From Chiloscyllium plagiosum (taxonomy: Eukaryota), in contig NC_057718.1 in assembly GCF_004010195.1 (NCBI RefSeq), positions 87,865,012 to 87,914,278 on the forward strand: a stretch of DNA of 49,267 bases, in the 5' to 3' direction. Shown in pieces: positions 12,316 to 25,206 of the stretch. Under the pieces are notes generated by a model, which had not been told where the DNA came from, did no database searches, and worked only from the letters and a program-made list of their open reading frames with translations. The first letter of the stretch is position 1; each line of letters starts with the position of its first letter. Position numbers and translations under genes: made by a program.

Positions 12316-12626
12316 GGGCGGCATGGTAGCTCAGTGGTTAGCACTGCTGCCTGACAGGGTCCCAGATTCGATTCCAGCCTCGGGCAACTATCTGTGTGGA
12401 GTTTGCACATTCTCCTCATGTCGGCGTGGGTTTCCTCTGGGTGCTCCGATTTCCTCCGAAAGTCCAAAGATGTGCAGGCCAAGTGAATTGACCATGTTAA
12501 ATTGCCCATAGTGTTAGGTGCATTAGTCAGAGGGAAATGAGTCTGGGTGGGTTACTCTTCGGAGGGTCGGTGTGGACTTGTTGGGCCAAAGGGCCTGTTT
12601 CCACACTGTAGGGAATCTAATCTAAT
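12316..12626 (+). mobile_element. HE1-type V-SINE (tRNA head, V domain, CR1/HER1 tail)
   Basis: GGGCGGCATGGTAGCTCAGTGGTTAGCACTGCTGCC; TGTGTGGAGTTTGCACATTCTCC..GTGGGTTTCCTC..GGTGCTCC..AGTCCAAAGATGTGCAG; tail GGGCCTGTTTCCACACTGTAGGG(AATCT)n. Confidence 0.9.
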
Positions 12627-13318
12627 AAAAATCAATACTGACACTTGCAGAATACCATTAGTCACCAGCTGTGATCCTGAGGAGGATACTTTTATCCCAC
12701 TCTCTGCTTTCTGCCTGACATTCAATCTTGTGTCCATTCTAGTACCTTGCCTCTAACACCAAGGGCTCTTATCTTATTCAGCAGCATCCCACCCGGCACC
12801 TTATCAAAGCCTTCTGGAAGTCCAGATAGATAACATCAAGTGGCTCAACTTGGTCTAACCTGCTCATTACCTCTTCAAAGAATTCTAAAATATTTGTCAG
12901 GCATGACCTCCCCTTGATGAAATCATGCTGACTTTTCCCTATTTTATCAACCACTTCCAAGTATTTGGAAATCTCATCCTTCACAATAGACTCCAAAATC
13001 TTACCAACATCTGAGGTCAGGCTAATCCAGCTGTAATTTCCTGTTTTTTGCCTTACTCCCCTCTTAAACAGGTCAGTTACATTAGCAATTTGCAAGTCCT
13101 CAGGAACCCTCCCTGACTCCAGTGATTCCTGAAAGATTACAAATAGCCCCTCCACTATCTCTTCAGCTATCTCCTTCAAAACTCTGGGTGAAGTCCCTCT
13201 GGTCCAGGTGATTCTTCCACCTTCAGATTTTTCAGATTTTCTTAGCGCCTTCTCCGAGTTGATGGCCACCACACTCCCCTCTGCCCCTCGACTCTCTTGA
13301 ATTTTCGGGATGTTACTC

Positions 13319-13878
13319 CTGTCAGGTTGTAAGTTTGCTTGCTGAGCTAGTAGATTTGTTCTCAGACATTTGGTCACCATGCTGGGTAATATCAGTGAGC
13401 CTCCGATGAAGTGCTGGTGTTCTGTCCGCTAGCTATTTATCTATCTTGGTCTGTTGTGGTGGATTGTATCATTTCCGGTTCTTTTTCTGAGAGGTTGGTA
13501 AATGGGGTCCAAATCAATATGTTTGTTAATGGAATTTTGATATGAATGCCAGGCCTCTAGGAATTCCCGTGCATGTCTTTGTTTAGCCTGTCCCAAGATG
13601 GTCATATTGTCCCAGTCGAGCTGGTGTCCCTCTTTGTCTGTGTGTATAGATACTAGTGATAGTTGGTCATGTGTTTTGGTAGCTAGTTGGTGCTCATGTA
13701 TCCTAGTGGCTAGTTGCCTGCCCATCTGTCCAATGTAATGTTTGTTGCAGTCCTTGCAGGGTATTTTATATATGACATTCATTCTGTTGGTTGTTGGTAC
13801 GGGGTCCTTTAAATTCATCAGGAGCTGTTTCACTGTGGTCGTAGGTTTCTGGGCTACCATGATGCTTAGAGGCCGGAG
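13319..13878 (-). mobile_element. Penelope-like element, inverted 3' arm (GIY-YIG + pLTR)
   Basis: NVIYKIPCKDCNKHYIGQ..RQLATRIHEH...AREFLEAWHS...INKHIDL in ORF 13441-13935; reverse-complement of about 15235-15810. Confidence 0.9.
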
Positions 13879-15840
13879 TTGTCTACAGCACTGGAACCCA
13901 CCCTGAAAGACAATGGACTTATAGAAGAAATCCAACAGGCCATCAGACAGACAGTTGCATCAACACTAAGCAGAAAGAAAGAAAGGAACACCATCAACAC
14001 ACTGAAAAGGAAAGCCCTGGAAGGACTCAGAAAAGACAGAAATATCGTAATCCTGCCGGCAGACAAGGGGCACATAACCATCATCCTGAACAAAACACAA
14101 TACATTGAAAGAGCAAACACACAATACTCACAGATACCAATACCTACCAACAGAAAACCTTACTACAGCATAATCTGAGGAAACTTCACAAGATGGGTGA
14201 AATTAATCAGACAGACCTCAAAAGGATGAAACCTGAAGGATCCAACACACACCATTTCTATGGATTACCAAAGGTTCATAAACAAAGGACCCCCCTCAGA
14301 CCCATAGTCTCACTTCCCAATACACTGACATACAGATTAGCAAAGGAACTGCAACACAAACTGAAATACCTAGTAGAAGATTCAAGCCACTCCATCCACT
14401 CCACCCAGGAATTCCTTAACCTCAAAGGTACCAAGGTAGAGGCCGAAGAGGTCATGGTTTCCTTTGACGTGATGGCCCTATTCACATCAGTGAACATCAC
14501 CCTATCCAGAGAAACACTGGCCTCACTGCTAGACTAACCAAGGACACAAACACCTTATAGCACAATTCCATCAGCAAGGACTGCATCCTTAAACTAGTGG
14601 ACCTATGCCTCACAACCCACTTCACCTTCAATGACAAGATCTACAAAAAAATCAATGGGACACCTCTGGGATCACTAACATCAGGACTCTTAGCAGAAGC
14701 AGTTATGCAGAGGTTAGAATGGACAGCCCTTCTCATGATCCAGCCTAAGCTTTAGGTCCGCTATGCAGATTACACCTTTGGCATCATGAAACGCAACAGA
14801 TTAGAAGAAACCCACAAACACATAAACAACAGCCTTACTGGTATAAAGTTCACCAAAGGAGAAGAGAACAATAACAGACTCCTCTTCCTAGATGTCATGG
14901 TAGAATGCAAAGCCAATGGAGAGCTACAGACCAGCGTTTACAGGAAAGCCACACACACTGACCAGATACTCAACTACAGGAGCAATTATCCCAACACCCA
15001 CAAACGGAGCTGCATCAGGACATTATTTAAACAAGCCACAACACACTGCAGTACCCAGGAACAAAGAGAAGCCAAGGAAAAACATTTGTACAATGTATTC
15101 AGGAATAATGGGTAACCAATAAGAACAGTCCACTGTTTCCGACACAATAGACCTAAACAGGGAGACACAACATGCCCAGAAACTAGCCACACTGCCATAC
15201 ATTAAAGACATCTTGGAGATGATGACCAGACTACTCTGGTCCTAGGCATCATGGTAGCCCACAAACCTACCACCACACTGAAACAGCTCTTGATGAATTT
15301 AAAAGGACCCCATACCAACAACCAGCAGTACGAATGTCATGTACAAAATACCCTGCAAGGAGTGCGACAAACATTACATTGGAAGACGGGCAGCAAACTA
15401 GCCACCAGGGTATATGAGCACCAATTAGCCACCAAAAAGACATGACCAACTATCACTAGTATCGATACACAGACGAAGAGGGATACCAGTTCGCATGGGA
15501 CAATACCTCCATCCTGGGACAATATGTCTATCCTGGGACAGACTAAACAAAGACATGCACAGGAATTCCTAAAGGCCTGGCATTCAAACCAGAACTCCAT
15601 TAACAAACATATCGATTTGGACTCCATTTACCAAACTCTCAGAAACAGAACCGGAAATGATATCACCCACCACAACATACCAAGACAAATAAAAAGCAAG
15701 TGGGACAGAACACCAGTGCTTCATCGGAGGCTCACTGATGATGTTATCCAGCATAGACCAAACGTCTGAGAACAAATCTACCAGCTCAGCGAGCAAACTC
15801 ACAACCTGACCCACAATCTGAGCTACAAATCTTCTCGAAA
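13879..15840 (+). mobile_element. Penelope-like element body, 5'-truncated: RT + GIY-YIG + pLTR (pseudogenised)
   Basis: ILPADKG, FYGLPKVHK..PLRPIVS, VSFDVMALFTSV, FLDV, SVYRKATHTDQILNY, GIY-YIG remnants. TSD ATGTTACTC at 13310-13318 and 15841-15849. Confidence 0.92.
15731..15770 (+). ncRNA. Minimal type I hammerhead ribozyme motif in Penelope pLTR (core mutated)
   Basis: CTCA-CTGATGA-T-stemII-CAAACGTC-TGAG. Stem I CTCA/TGAG pairs; the G of GAAA is replaced by C. An inverted copy lies at 13361-13399. Confidence 0.6.
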
Positions 15841-18684
15841 ATGTTACTCATATCTTCCATTGTGAAGACTGATGGAAAGTACTTGTTCAGTTCCTCCATT
15901 ATTTCTTTGTTCCCCATTACTACTTCTCCAGCATCATTTTCTAGCAGCCCACTGTCCACTTTTGCCCTTTATATATCTAAATAAATTCTTGCAACTTCCT
16001 TTATATTGTTGGCTAGCTTAGATATTTAATCTTCTCTCTCCTTATTCCTTTTTTAGTAGTCCTCTGTTGATCTTTGTAGGCTTCCCAATCCCCTGGCTTC
16101 CCATTGCCCTTCGCCGCACTTTCTCTTTTGTTTTTCTGCTGTCAGCTGTGGTTGTCTCATCCTCCCTCTAGTATGCTTCTTTTCCCTTGGGATAATTTTT
16201 TGCTGTGTCTCCTGAATTACTCCCAGAAATTCCTACCATTGCTGTTGCACTGTCCTACCTGCTGGGCTCCTCTCCCAGTCAATTCTGGCCAGCTCCTCCT
16301 TCATGTCTCTGTAGTTGAGTTTATTCAACTATAATGCCGTTACATCTGATTCCAGCTTTTCCCTGTCAAATTGCAGAGTAAATTCTATCATTTTATGGTC
16401 GCTGCCTCCTAAGGGTTCCTTCGCCTTGAGCTCTCTTATCAAGTCTGCCTCACTGCACATCACTAAATCAGAATTGCCTGTTCCTTCGTGGGCTCCACCA
16501 TAAGCTGCTCCAAAATGCCAACTCGTAGACATTCCACAAATTCCTTTTCTTGAAATCCACTACCAACCTGATTTTCCCAGTCCATTTGCATATTGAAATC
16601 CTCCATGATCACTGTAACGTTGCTTTTCTTACACACCTTTTCTATCTCCTGGTGTATCTTGTACCCTACATCCTGACTACTGTTTGTACGTAACTCCCAT
16701 TATGGTTTTTTCATTTTTGCGATTCCTTAATTCTGCCTGCACTGATTCTACACTATCTATCCCTTCATTTCTTGCTATTGATTTAAATGAAATGATCTTG
16801 AAATTAAATGTCAAATTGATGTCCAACATGCAGTCTCACACAAGTGTAAAAGATCCCATTGCACTGTTTTGAAAAAGTGCAAAGAGTTTGGCCCTTGTCA
16901 CCTGGCCTTCAATGAACACTTTCAATAGATTCTCCTGAACGATCATGGTCCTAAAAGATAAACTTTTTTTCCCAGCAGGTGAGGCAGCATCTGTGGAGGG
17001 TGTTTCCAGCATTTGCTATTTTTGTAATTTCAGATATCCTGCATCTGTAGTATTTTGTTTTTGTACCTGGGAAAAAAATGTTCATTAGTTTCATTGCTGT
17101 TTGCAAAATGGGTGGTCTCTACATTTTATTTAAAACAATACTTCATTGGTTGGAAAGCATTTAGTGCTGAGGTTGTGAAAATTACTACATTAATGAAAAT
17201 ATTTGATTTTAAATACTTGAGTTTGTTTATTGAGTTCCCTTATATTTTGAGTTCTCCCTTTTGACTGTAATTCAATGCTGATGTGGAGGTGAGGAAGTTG
17301 GGATATCTACTGTTTTCCTGCCAAGCTGTTTATCTTGCTGCAGCTCCTTTCGAGCACTCATGTAATCTTTTCTGCTATGTGACTCTTTGTGTGAGTCAGA
17401 TGGGAAACGAGTAAATGGGACCTTGTGATAACATATGGTGAGGAAAAGGAAACAGCTGAGCATCTTACTATGACGGTTATTATTCTAAATATGTGTATGG
17501 AGTCTGAATGAATTGCACTTCCCTTGATCCCTTTTACTTGTCACGGAGCTCTCCATAAGTATTTCTATCTTCATAAGTCCTTTTTGTCTGAGTCAATTCT
17601 GCTACCATCACGTTCACTCGGGATGATTGATTAGGCAGTGTGGTTTTTTTGTTTTCTCTTGGTCATCGCTTTCTTCATTGTTACTCATTCTCTAGACACA
17701 ATTGCTGTGAATGGGAGGGAACTGAGACCTGGCCCTCACTTTGCGTGTGACTGAAGCAGTCATTCACTGTGACATAAATCAGGTTTGGAGTATGGAACAA
17801 GAGTTTGGGAGGGGTGAAAAAAAGGAAGCATCTGGCTTTCACTCAGCGCCAAATTGAGAAAAGCAAGCCATCCATGAACTGAGAAAAGAATAGGTAATTG
17901 TTCTGGGGTAGATTGATATTTGAAAGCTAGAGCAGCCTTAAGCAAGGAGCCTTTCACAAAACAAGTCCCCTCAAGATGAATATCAGTAAACTCACTTCTG
18001 TGCTATAAGTAAGTTTTCTTCCAAAACACATTTACTATTCTAATCAAATATCAATTGTTTCACTCTTGCTGATTCCTGCGGCTAAAGGCAGGGGCTAAGA
18101 ACCTTTGTTCTGTACTGCTGATTAAAATTTTCCTCTTTTGTAGAAATAATAGTCCCAAAGTGTTGTTTCCAATCTTACATTCAGATTTACCAAAGCATAG
18201 TTTAATCTAACCTGAAGGATGTTGATAGAATAGATGGGGAGAAACTTTCTCCACAGGTTGGAGGGTTGGTAACCAGAGAATATTAAATTAAACTAAAAGC
18301 AGAAGGGAGATTAAGAATTGTTATGGTCTGAAATGCACTGACAAAGCGTGATAAAAGCAGATTTAATTGTATCTTTGAAAAGGGAATGGGATGAATACTT
18401 TAAAAGGAAAAATATAATGGCTGTGGGAAGTGACAACAGAGGGTGAAGGGCTAACTTGTATCTTCACAAAGGAATACAAATAACATACAGGTCAAATGGG
18501 AAGAAGGAATTGAAGGAAATTAATATTAGTGGGGAAATTATATTGGGGAAACTCATAGGATTAAAGGCATATAAATCCCCAGGGCCAAATAGTTTTGATT
18601 GCAGACTAGTTCAGGAAGTGACCACAGAAATAGCAATTGCACGAGTGATCATCTTCCAAAATTGTATAAATTCTAGAACAGTTC

Positions 18685-18725
18685 GCAGAAAAGCACACCA
18701 GCTCAGCGAACGAATCCACTACTTC
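18685..18725 (+). mobile_element. 41-bp Penelope pLTR footprint with 7-bp TSD
   Basis: ACAGTTC at 18678-18684 and 18726-18732; insert contains ACCAGCTCAGCGA, also present at 15780-15792. Confidence 0.6.
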
Positions 18726-18908
18726 ACAGTTCTTATAGTTTGAAAGATAACTAATGTAACCCAACTATTTGAAAAGGGAAGCAGACAGAAAAGAATGAAT
18801 TGTAGACTGGTTAACTTGATGTTGGAGGTAGGAAAAGTTTGAGTCCATTATAAAAGATGTAATAAGTAGAGCACCTGGAAGAAACTGACAGGATCAGACA
18901 GAATCAGC

Positions 18909-19428
18909 ATCAAACAGTACAGCACAGTACAGGCCCTTTGATATTGTGCCAGCCTTTTATCCTATTCTAAGATCAGATTAACCTACATTGTACTATCTTC
19001 CATGTGCCTATCCAAGAGTTGCTTTAATGACCCTAACTTATCTGACTCTACACCACTGTTGGCAGTGCATTCCATACATCCAACACTCTTTGTGTAAAGA
19101 ACCTACCTCTGACAGCTCCCCTAAATCTTGTTCCAATTACCTTAGCATTATGCTCCCTCGTGATAGACATTTCCTCCATGGGAAAAGGTCTCTGGCTCTC
19201 CATTCTATCTATGCCTCTCAACATCTTGTACACTTCTACCAAGTCACCACTCATCCTTCTTCGTTCCATTGAGAAAAGCCCTAGCTCCCTCAACCTTTCT
19301 TCATAAGACATGCCCTCCAGTCCAGGCAGCATCCTGGTAAATCTCCTCTGCACCTTCAAAAGTTTCCACATCTTTTCTGTAATGAGGCAACCAGAACTGA
19401 ACACAATATTCCAAGTGTAGTCTAACCA
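18909..19428 (-). mobile_element. CR1 3' end inserted antisense into older CR1
   Basis: VQRRFTRMLPGL..SYEERL..GLFS..RRR..GDL..VYKM..FFTQRV..WNALP (ORF 19048-19404); tail GTGCTGTACTGTT. Confidence 0.88.
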
Positions 19429-21629
19429 TGCACAGATTTACAAAGGACAAGTCACACTTGACAAAGCTGCTATAGTTTTTGAGGATGTAAACAATATAGT
19501 GGATAAAGGGGCGCCAGTGGATGTGGTTTACTTTTCAGAAGGCTTTCAATAAGATCCCACATAAGAGATCAGCATGCAAAATGAAAGCACATGGGATTGG
19601 AGATCATGTGCTGAAATGGATTAAGAATTGGTTGGCTGATTGGAAACAAAGAGTAGGAATAAAGGACTCTTTTTCCAAGTCGCAAGCAGTAACTAATGGG
19701 CTACTGCAGCAATCAGAGCTTGGACATCAGCTATTCACAATATATATTGATGATTTTCATAAGGAAACTACATGTTGTATTGATGACACAAAACTGGGTG
19801 GGAAGGTGTGCTGTGGGGACGATGCAGAGATGTTTCATTATGATTTGAACAAATTGAGTGAGTGAGCAAATACAAGGCAGATGCAGTATATTGTGGATAA
19901 ATGTGAAGTTATCCATTTTGATAGCAAAAGCAAGCAGGGAGATTATTATCTGAATGGAAATAGATTGGGAAAAGGGATGGTGCAATGAGACCTCATCTAT
20001 ACCGGTTGCTGAAGGCAAGTGTGGCAGATGGTGAAGAAGGCAGATGGGTTTGTTAGTGTCAGGATTAAAGGAAACAAACAACAAGATTAAACTACAAGAA
20101 CAGGGATAACGAGCTGCAACTTTACAGGATACTGGTAAGACTGGAGCATTGTGTGCAAATTACCTGATCTGAGTAAAGATGTTCTGGCTATTGAGGAAGG
20201 ATGTTCTAGCTATTGAGGAAAGCACAAAGAAGGTTTACCAGACTGCTTCCTAGGATGGAGAGATTGTCATACAGGGAGAGACTGGATTGGTTAGGACAAT
20301 ATTCATTGGAATCTAGAAGAATGACAGAGGAATCTCATAGAAACCTATAATATTCTCACAGGATTAAAGAGGGTAGATGCAGGATCAATGTTCTTGATGA
20401 ATAGGGTGTCACAGTCTAACAATAAAGGCTAGGCCTTTTAGAACAGAGATGAGATGAAATTTCTTCACTTAGCGTGGCGAGCTTGTGGAATCCTCTGCTA
20501 CAGGAAACTGTTGAGGCCAAACCATTCAAGACTTTCAAGAAAAATGTGGACATAGTTCTTAGGACTAAGGGGAATCAAAGGGAGAAAACAGGAATAGGGT
20601 ACTAATTTGGAAGATCAGCCATGATCATATTGAATGGAAATCAGGCTGAAAGGGCCAAATGGCCTATTTCTGCTCCTACTTTCTATGTTTTGATAATTGG
20701 ATTTTTTTTCAAAGAGACAGCACAAGTCAAATGACTTCCTTCTGTACTTATCATTCTAATCTGATGAATGCAGGCCAAGGGTGTGATGGTGATCAAGTTG
20801 GCACTGTGTAGAAAGTAAAGAGAATATTAACATAAGAAATGTGTTAACTGTTGTCAAAGGATGGTGCTGGGAAATTTAACATCAATAAATACAATCATGT
20901 AGCTAGCTGCACATTGTACTGAATGAGAATCATTGCCCTTTGTCTTGAAACTCCCACAACTGAACCTGGGTCTTAACTGATATGCATGAAAATGGACTGG
21001 CTGTTGCCATTGCTACTGCTGTTCTGGTTCTCCCCAGTAATAGAGAAAGTTGAATATCAAATTCAAGAGTTGCCTTTGGGCCAGGGGAATAATAGATATT
21101 TGAGCTGACAACCTTGGCCTTCCCTCGCCCTTATTCTTAACTCTATTTGTTTTCTTTAGCAACTTGGGCCCGATTTATTTGCCCCCACAGATGTGTTTTT
21201 CAGCAGGGGTCATATACAATATGGTGGGTGGTCAGTCTATCAACCCCAAAGCTCATTCTGCCATTTGACTGCCAGCCAAATTAGAAAAAAATAATTAAGG
21301 ATCAGTTGAGCTTTTCCTCCAAGCCAATTGCCCTCAACAATACACTTCCTTTCTTTAATAGGAGTGACCTGGCCTTTTTATCAATTTTGTTTGAAGGGTG
21401 GAGAAGAAAATATAGGATATTGTCTTTGGCAAGGTGCCCATAATGTTTAGGAGGCACTGCTCTGAAGATTTCCTCACTTCCTTCTGACCTGCTTGATCTC
21501 CAAAGCCCACCCAATGCATATCCTCCCAAAATTTGCCAAATCATCTCTGCCCAATATCCTGACTTGCTTCACTCCATGGATTCATTGGACCTCCTTTGTT
21601 CTCCTGGAAAAATTAAGTTGCTTTTCTTA

Positions 21630-22775
21630 GCTTTTGGTCATGTCTCACAAATTTGATTGCATTTTTTGAGGAAGTGACAAAGACAATTGACAGCAGGACT
21701 TTAACAAGGCCTTTGACAAGGTCCCTCATGGCAGACTGATAAAGAAGGTGAAGTCACATGGGGTCTGCATTGAGCTGGTAAGATGGATACAGGAATGGTT
21801 TGGTCATAGAAGACAAAGTAGCAGGGAAAAATGGAGATCTGTGACCAGTGGTGTTCTGCAGTGATCAGAGATGGGAGTCCTCTTGTTTTCATTTAGGTTG
21901 GCTGATAAATAAGTTTGTGGTGACATGAAGATTGGGGAGCTGCAGATAGTGAGGAGGACACTGCAGGATAAAGATAGGCTGTAGATCTAGGTGGAGAAAA
22001 AGCAGATAGAATTTAAATCCGGACAAATGCGAGGTAATGCATTTTGGAAAATCTAATGCAAGAGGGAAGTATACATTAAAAGGCAGAAACCTAAGAGTCA
22101 TTAACATGCATAGGATTCTAGGCATGCAGATCCGCAGTTCCCTTTAAGTGTTAACACAAGTGGATAAGGTAGTCAAGAAGGCTCATGGCATGCTGGCCTT
22201 CACCATTCAAGGCATAGAGAATAAAATTTGCAAGTCATGTTGCAGCTGTATTGAACTTTAGTTAGGTCACTTTTGGCATATTATGTACAGTTTCAGTCGC
22301 CACACTACCAGAAGAATGTGGAGGCTTTAGAAAAGATTTACCAGGGTGTTGCCTGATTTGGAGGGTATTAACTATGAGGAGAGATTGGACAAACTTGTTT
22401 TCTCTCGAACATTGGAGTCTGAAGGGCGACCTGATAGAAGTTTACAAAATTATGAGGAGCATGGATAGGATGAATAGTTGGAGTCTATTTCCCCAGGCTA
22501 GAAACATCAATTATTAGGGGACATAGGTTTAAGTTAATAGGGGGAAAGTTTAATTGAGAGGTGAGAAGCAGTGGTAAGTTCATGGAATGTGCTGCGAGAG
22601 GACTCAGTAGAAGCAGATACAATAGCAACATTTAAAAGGCATCTTGACAGATGAATAGGCAGGAAATGGAGGGGTATGGACCACATTGCAGCAAAAGGAT
22701 TTTAGTTTAGAAACGCATCTTGTAATGGTGTAGGCTTGGTGAGTCAAAAGACCTGTTCCTGTGCTGTACTGTTCA
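21630..22775 (+). mobile_element. CR1 LINE RT 3' half
   Basis: KAFDKVPHGRL-like segment, FNPDKCEVMHFG; tail CCTGTGCTGTACTGTTC. Confidence 0.82.
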
Positions 22776-22859
22776 TTTTGGTGTTAACCATTCTAATTCA
22801 GTTGGTACTTTTGAACCAGAACATTCAGGTTTGGAGTCCAGGATTTAAGATTATGAAGG

Positions 22860-23250
22860 AGGAGGTTGAGAGATAACTTTATGTAGAGGTTTATAAAATC
22901 ATGAGGGGTATAGGTAGGGTTAATGGGTGATACCTTTTCCCTAGGATGGGGGAATTTCAAGACTAGGAGATATATTTTCCAGTGAGAGGATTAAGATTTT
23001 AAAGAAGACAAGAGAGGCATTTTTTTAAAAAATCACATGGTGGTTTGCATGTGGAATGAACCTCCTGAGGAAGCGATGAATGTGAGCACAGTCGCATTAT
23101 TTAAAAGACATTTGGATAAATACATGAATAAGAAAGGTTTGGAGGGATATGGGCCAGGAGCAGGCAGGTGGGAGTAGTATAGTATGGAATTATGTTCGGC
23201 ATGGACTGATTGGACTGAAGGGTCTGTTGCTGTGTTGTATAACTCACTGA
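22860..23250 (+). mobile_element. CR1 3' end fragment
   Basis: EVYKIMRG..WNE..FKRHLD, then 3' UTR GGACTGAAGGGTCTGTT. Confidence 0.75.
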
Positions 23251-23489
23251 TGTTAAGAAGGTTGATGTTTGAGTGAAGTACCAACGGAGTGCTACAGCAC
23301 TGCTAGAGATGCTGTCATTTAATAGGAATGTAAAAATAGCACATACCTGCAGCAGCTTCCAAACCCATAATCTTCACCACCCGAAAGGGCATAGAAAGCA
23401 GTTGGACAGAAATGCCATCATTTCATGCTGGCTTCTAAATCTAAAGCCGTCCTAATTTTGACATATCATCATCTCTTCAATATTATTAT

Positions 23490-25206
23490 GTCAAAATCCT
23501 GATCCCTCCAATCTAGCAATAACCTGCTTACTTATGACCAGTTTGGCAATTCAGCTCCTGACCTCATTACAACCTGAGTTCAAATAGATAAAGTCTTTTC
23601 CCTGGGGTGGGGGAGTCCAGAACTAAAGGACATAGGTTTAGGGTGAAAGGGGCAAAATTTAAAAGGAACCTAAGGGCAGCTTTTTCACACAGGGGGTGGT
23701 ACATGTAGGAATGAGCTGCCAGAGGAAGTAGTGGAGGCCGGTACAATTACAACACTTAAAAGACATTTGGATGGGTATATGAATAGGAAGGGTTTAGAGG
23801 GATATGGGCAAAGTGCTGGCAAATAGACCTAGAGTAGGTTAGGATATCTGGTTGACATGGATGAATTGGACTAAAAGGTCTGTTTGCGTGTTGTACATCT
23901 CTATGACTCTAAATGCAGAAAAAAGAACTGAACTTCAGAGGTGAAGTGAGAGTGTTTACCCTTGACATCAAGGCCACATTTGACAGAGGATGACATTGAT
24001 GTGACCTAGCAAAACTGGAGTCCAGAGAATCCCTACAGTGTGGAAAATGGCCATTTGACCCAACATGTCTACACTGACTCACCCCCCACCCTATCCCTTT
24101 AACCCTGTGTTTTCTATGGCTTATCCACCTAACCTACACATCCCTGGACATTATGCACAATTTAGCATGGCCACTCCACCTAACCTGCACGTCTTTGGAC
24201 TGTGAGGGGAAATCGCAACACCTGGAGGAACCAGAGCCACTAGTCTTGGTTGTTGAAGGTCAGCCATCTAAGTTCCTGTACATCTCTACAGGAGTTCATC
24301 AGGGTAGTGTCCTTGGCACAACCATCTTTAGCTGCTTCATCACAATCTTCCCTCCAATTAAGGTCAGAAGTGGGGATGATCAGTGATTGTAAAATGATCA
24401 GCACCATTAATGACTGCTCAGATGCTGAAGCAGTTCATGAACAAATGCAGCAGGGCCTAGACAATGTCCAGGCTTGGATTGAAAAATTGCAAGTAACACT
24501 TGCGCTACACAAATTCCAGGCAATGGCCATCTCCAGCAAGAGAATCTAACCATTGTTCCTTGGCATTCAATGGCATAACCATTGCTTTATGTCCCACGAT
24601 CAACATCCTGGGTTTGCCACTGACCAGAATCTGGGTGAGCCACATAAATACTGTGGATACAATAGCAGATCAGATTCTAGGTATCCTGCTATGTGTAACT
24701 CTCCACCTAAATTTCTAAATCCTGTACACCACACAGAAGGCACAAGTTGGGAGTGTGATGGAATAGTCCCCTCTTCCCTGGATTAGATCAGCTCCAACAA
24801 CACTGAAGAAGCTTGACAGCATGCAAGACAAAGCAGCCCACTGAATGGGACCATATCCATCCACCACCAATCCTTAGTAGCAGCTGTGTCCATCATTTAT
24901 AAGCTGTACTGCAGATAGTCATCACTTCCATCTAGAAGGACAGTGCAACAAATACATGGGGACATCACCAACTACAAGTTCCTGTTCATGCAACTCACCA
25001 TCCTGAATTGGAAATAAATTGTCATTCCTTCGGTGTTACGGGGGCAAAATATTGGAAATCCCTCCCTAACAGCATTGAGAGTCTACCTAGAGCTCATGGA
25101 CTACAGCAATTCAAGATGGCAGCTCATCACCACTTTCTCAAGGACATTTAGTCACAGGTAATCCTTGGTGACACACACACCTCCCACGACTGAATAATAA
25201 AAAAAT
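23490..25206 (+). mobile_element. Decayed CR1/L2-group non-LTR element of a distinct family, hosting CR1 (23585-23910) and HE1 (24025-24232) inserts
   Basis: LDIKATFD, GVHQGSVLGTTIFSCFI, LDNVQAW..K.QV; ends TGAATAATAAAAAA. Related fragments near 31335-31560(-) and 33800-34080. Confidence 0.65.
24025..24232 (-). mobile_element. HE1 SINE 3' fragment
   Basis: CCCTACAGTGTGGAAA...CTAACCTGCACGTCTTTGGACTGTG, matching 12316-12626 in reverse. Confidence 0.75.

Larger units (their letters stand above)
11790..16790 (-). mobile_element. CR1-clade LINE (EN+RT), interrupted by HE1 SINE and Penelope element
   Basis: SCLTNILEFFEE, DVIYLDFQKA, KFADNAK, SDHKMIEF. The sequence is collinear with the 1578-4470 copy once the inserts at 12316-12626 and 13319-15840 are removed. 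Confidence 0.88.
18445..20690 (+). mobile_element. Old CR1 LINE RT half with 3' UTR
   Basis: KSPGP, FQKAFNKIPH, DDTKLGG; tail GGCCTATTTCTGCTCCTACTTTCTATG. Confidence 0.8.

Noticed and set aside
12316..12385. tRNA-like sequence (also 48490-48561 and 8612-8670)
   Set aside because: These are SINE heads continuing into V or Deu domains, with no complete cloverleaf.
17991..18080. Strong minus-strand donor GAA|GTGAGT near 17996
   Set aside because: The best upstream acceptor gives stops in all frames and the nearer acceptors are weak.
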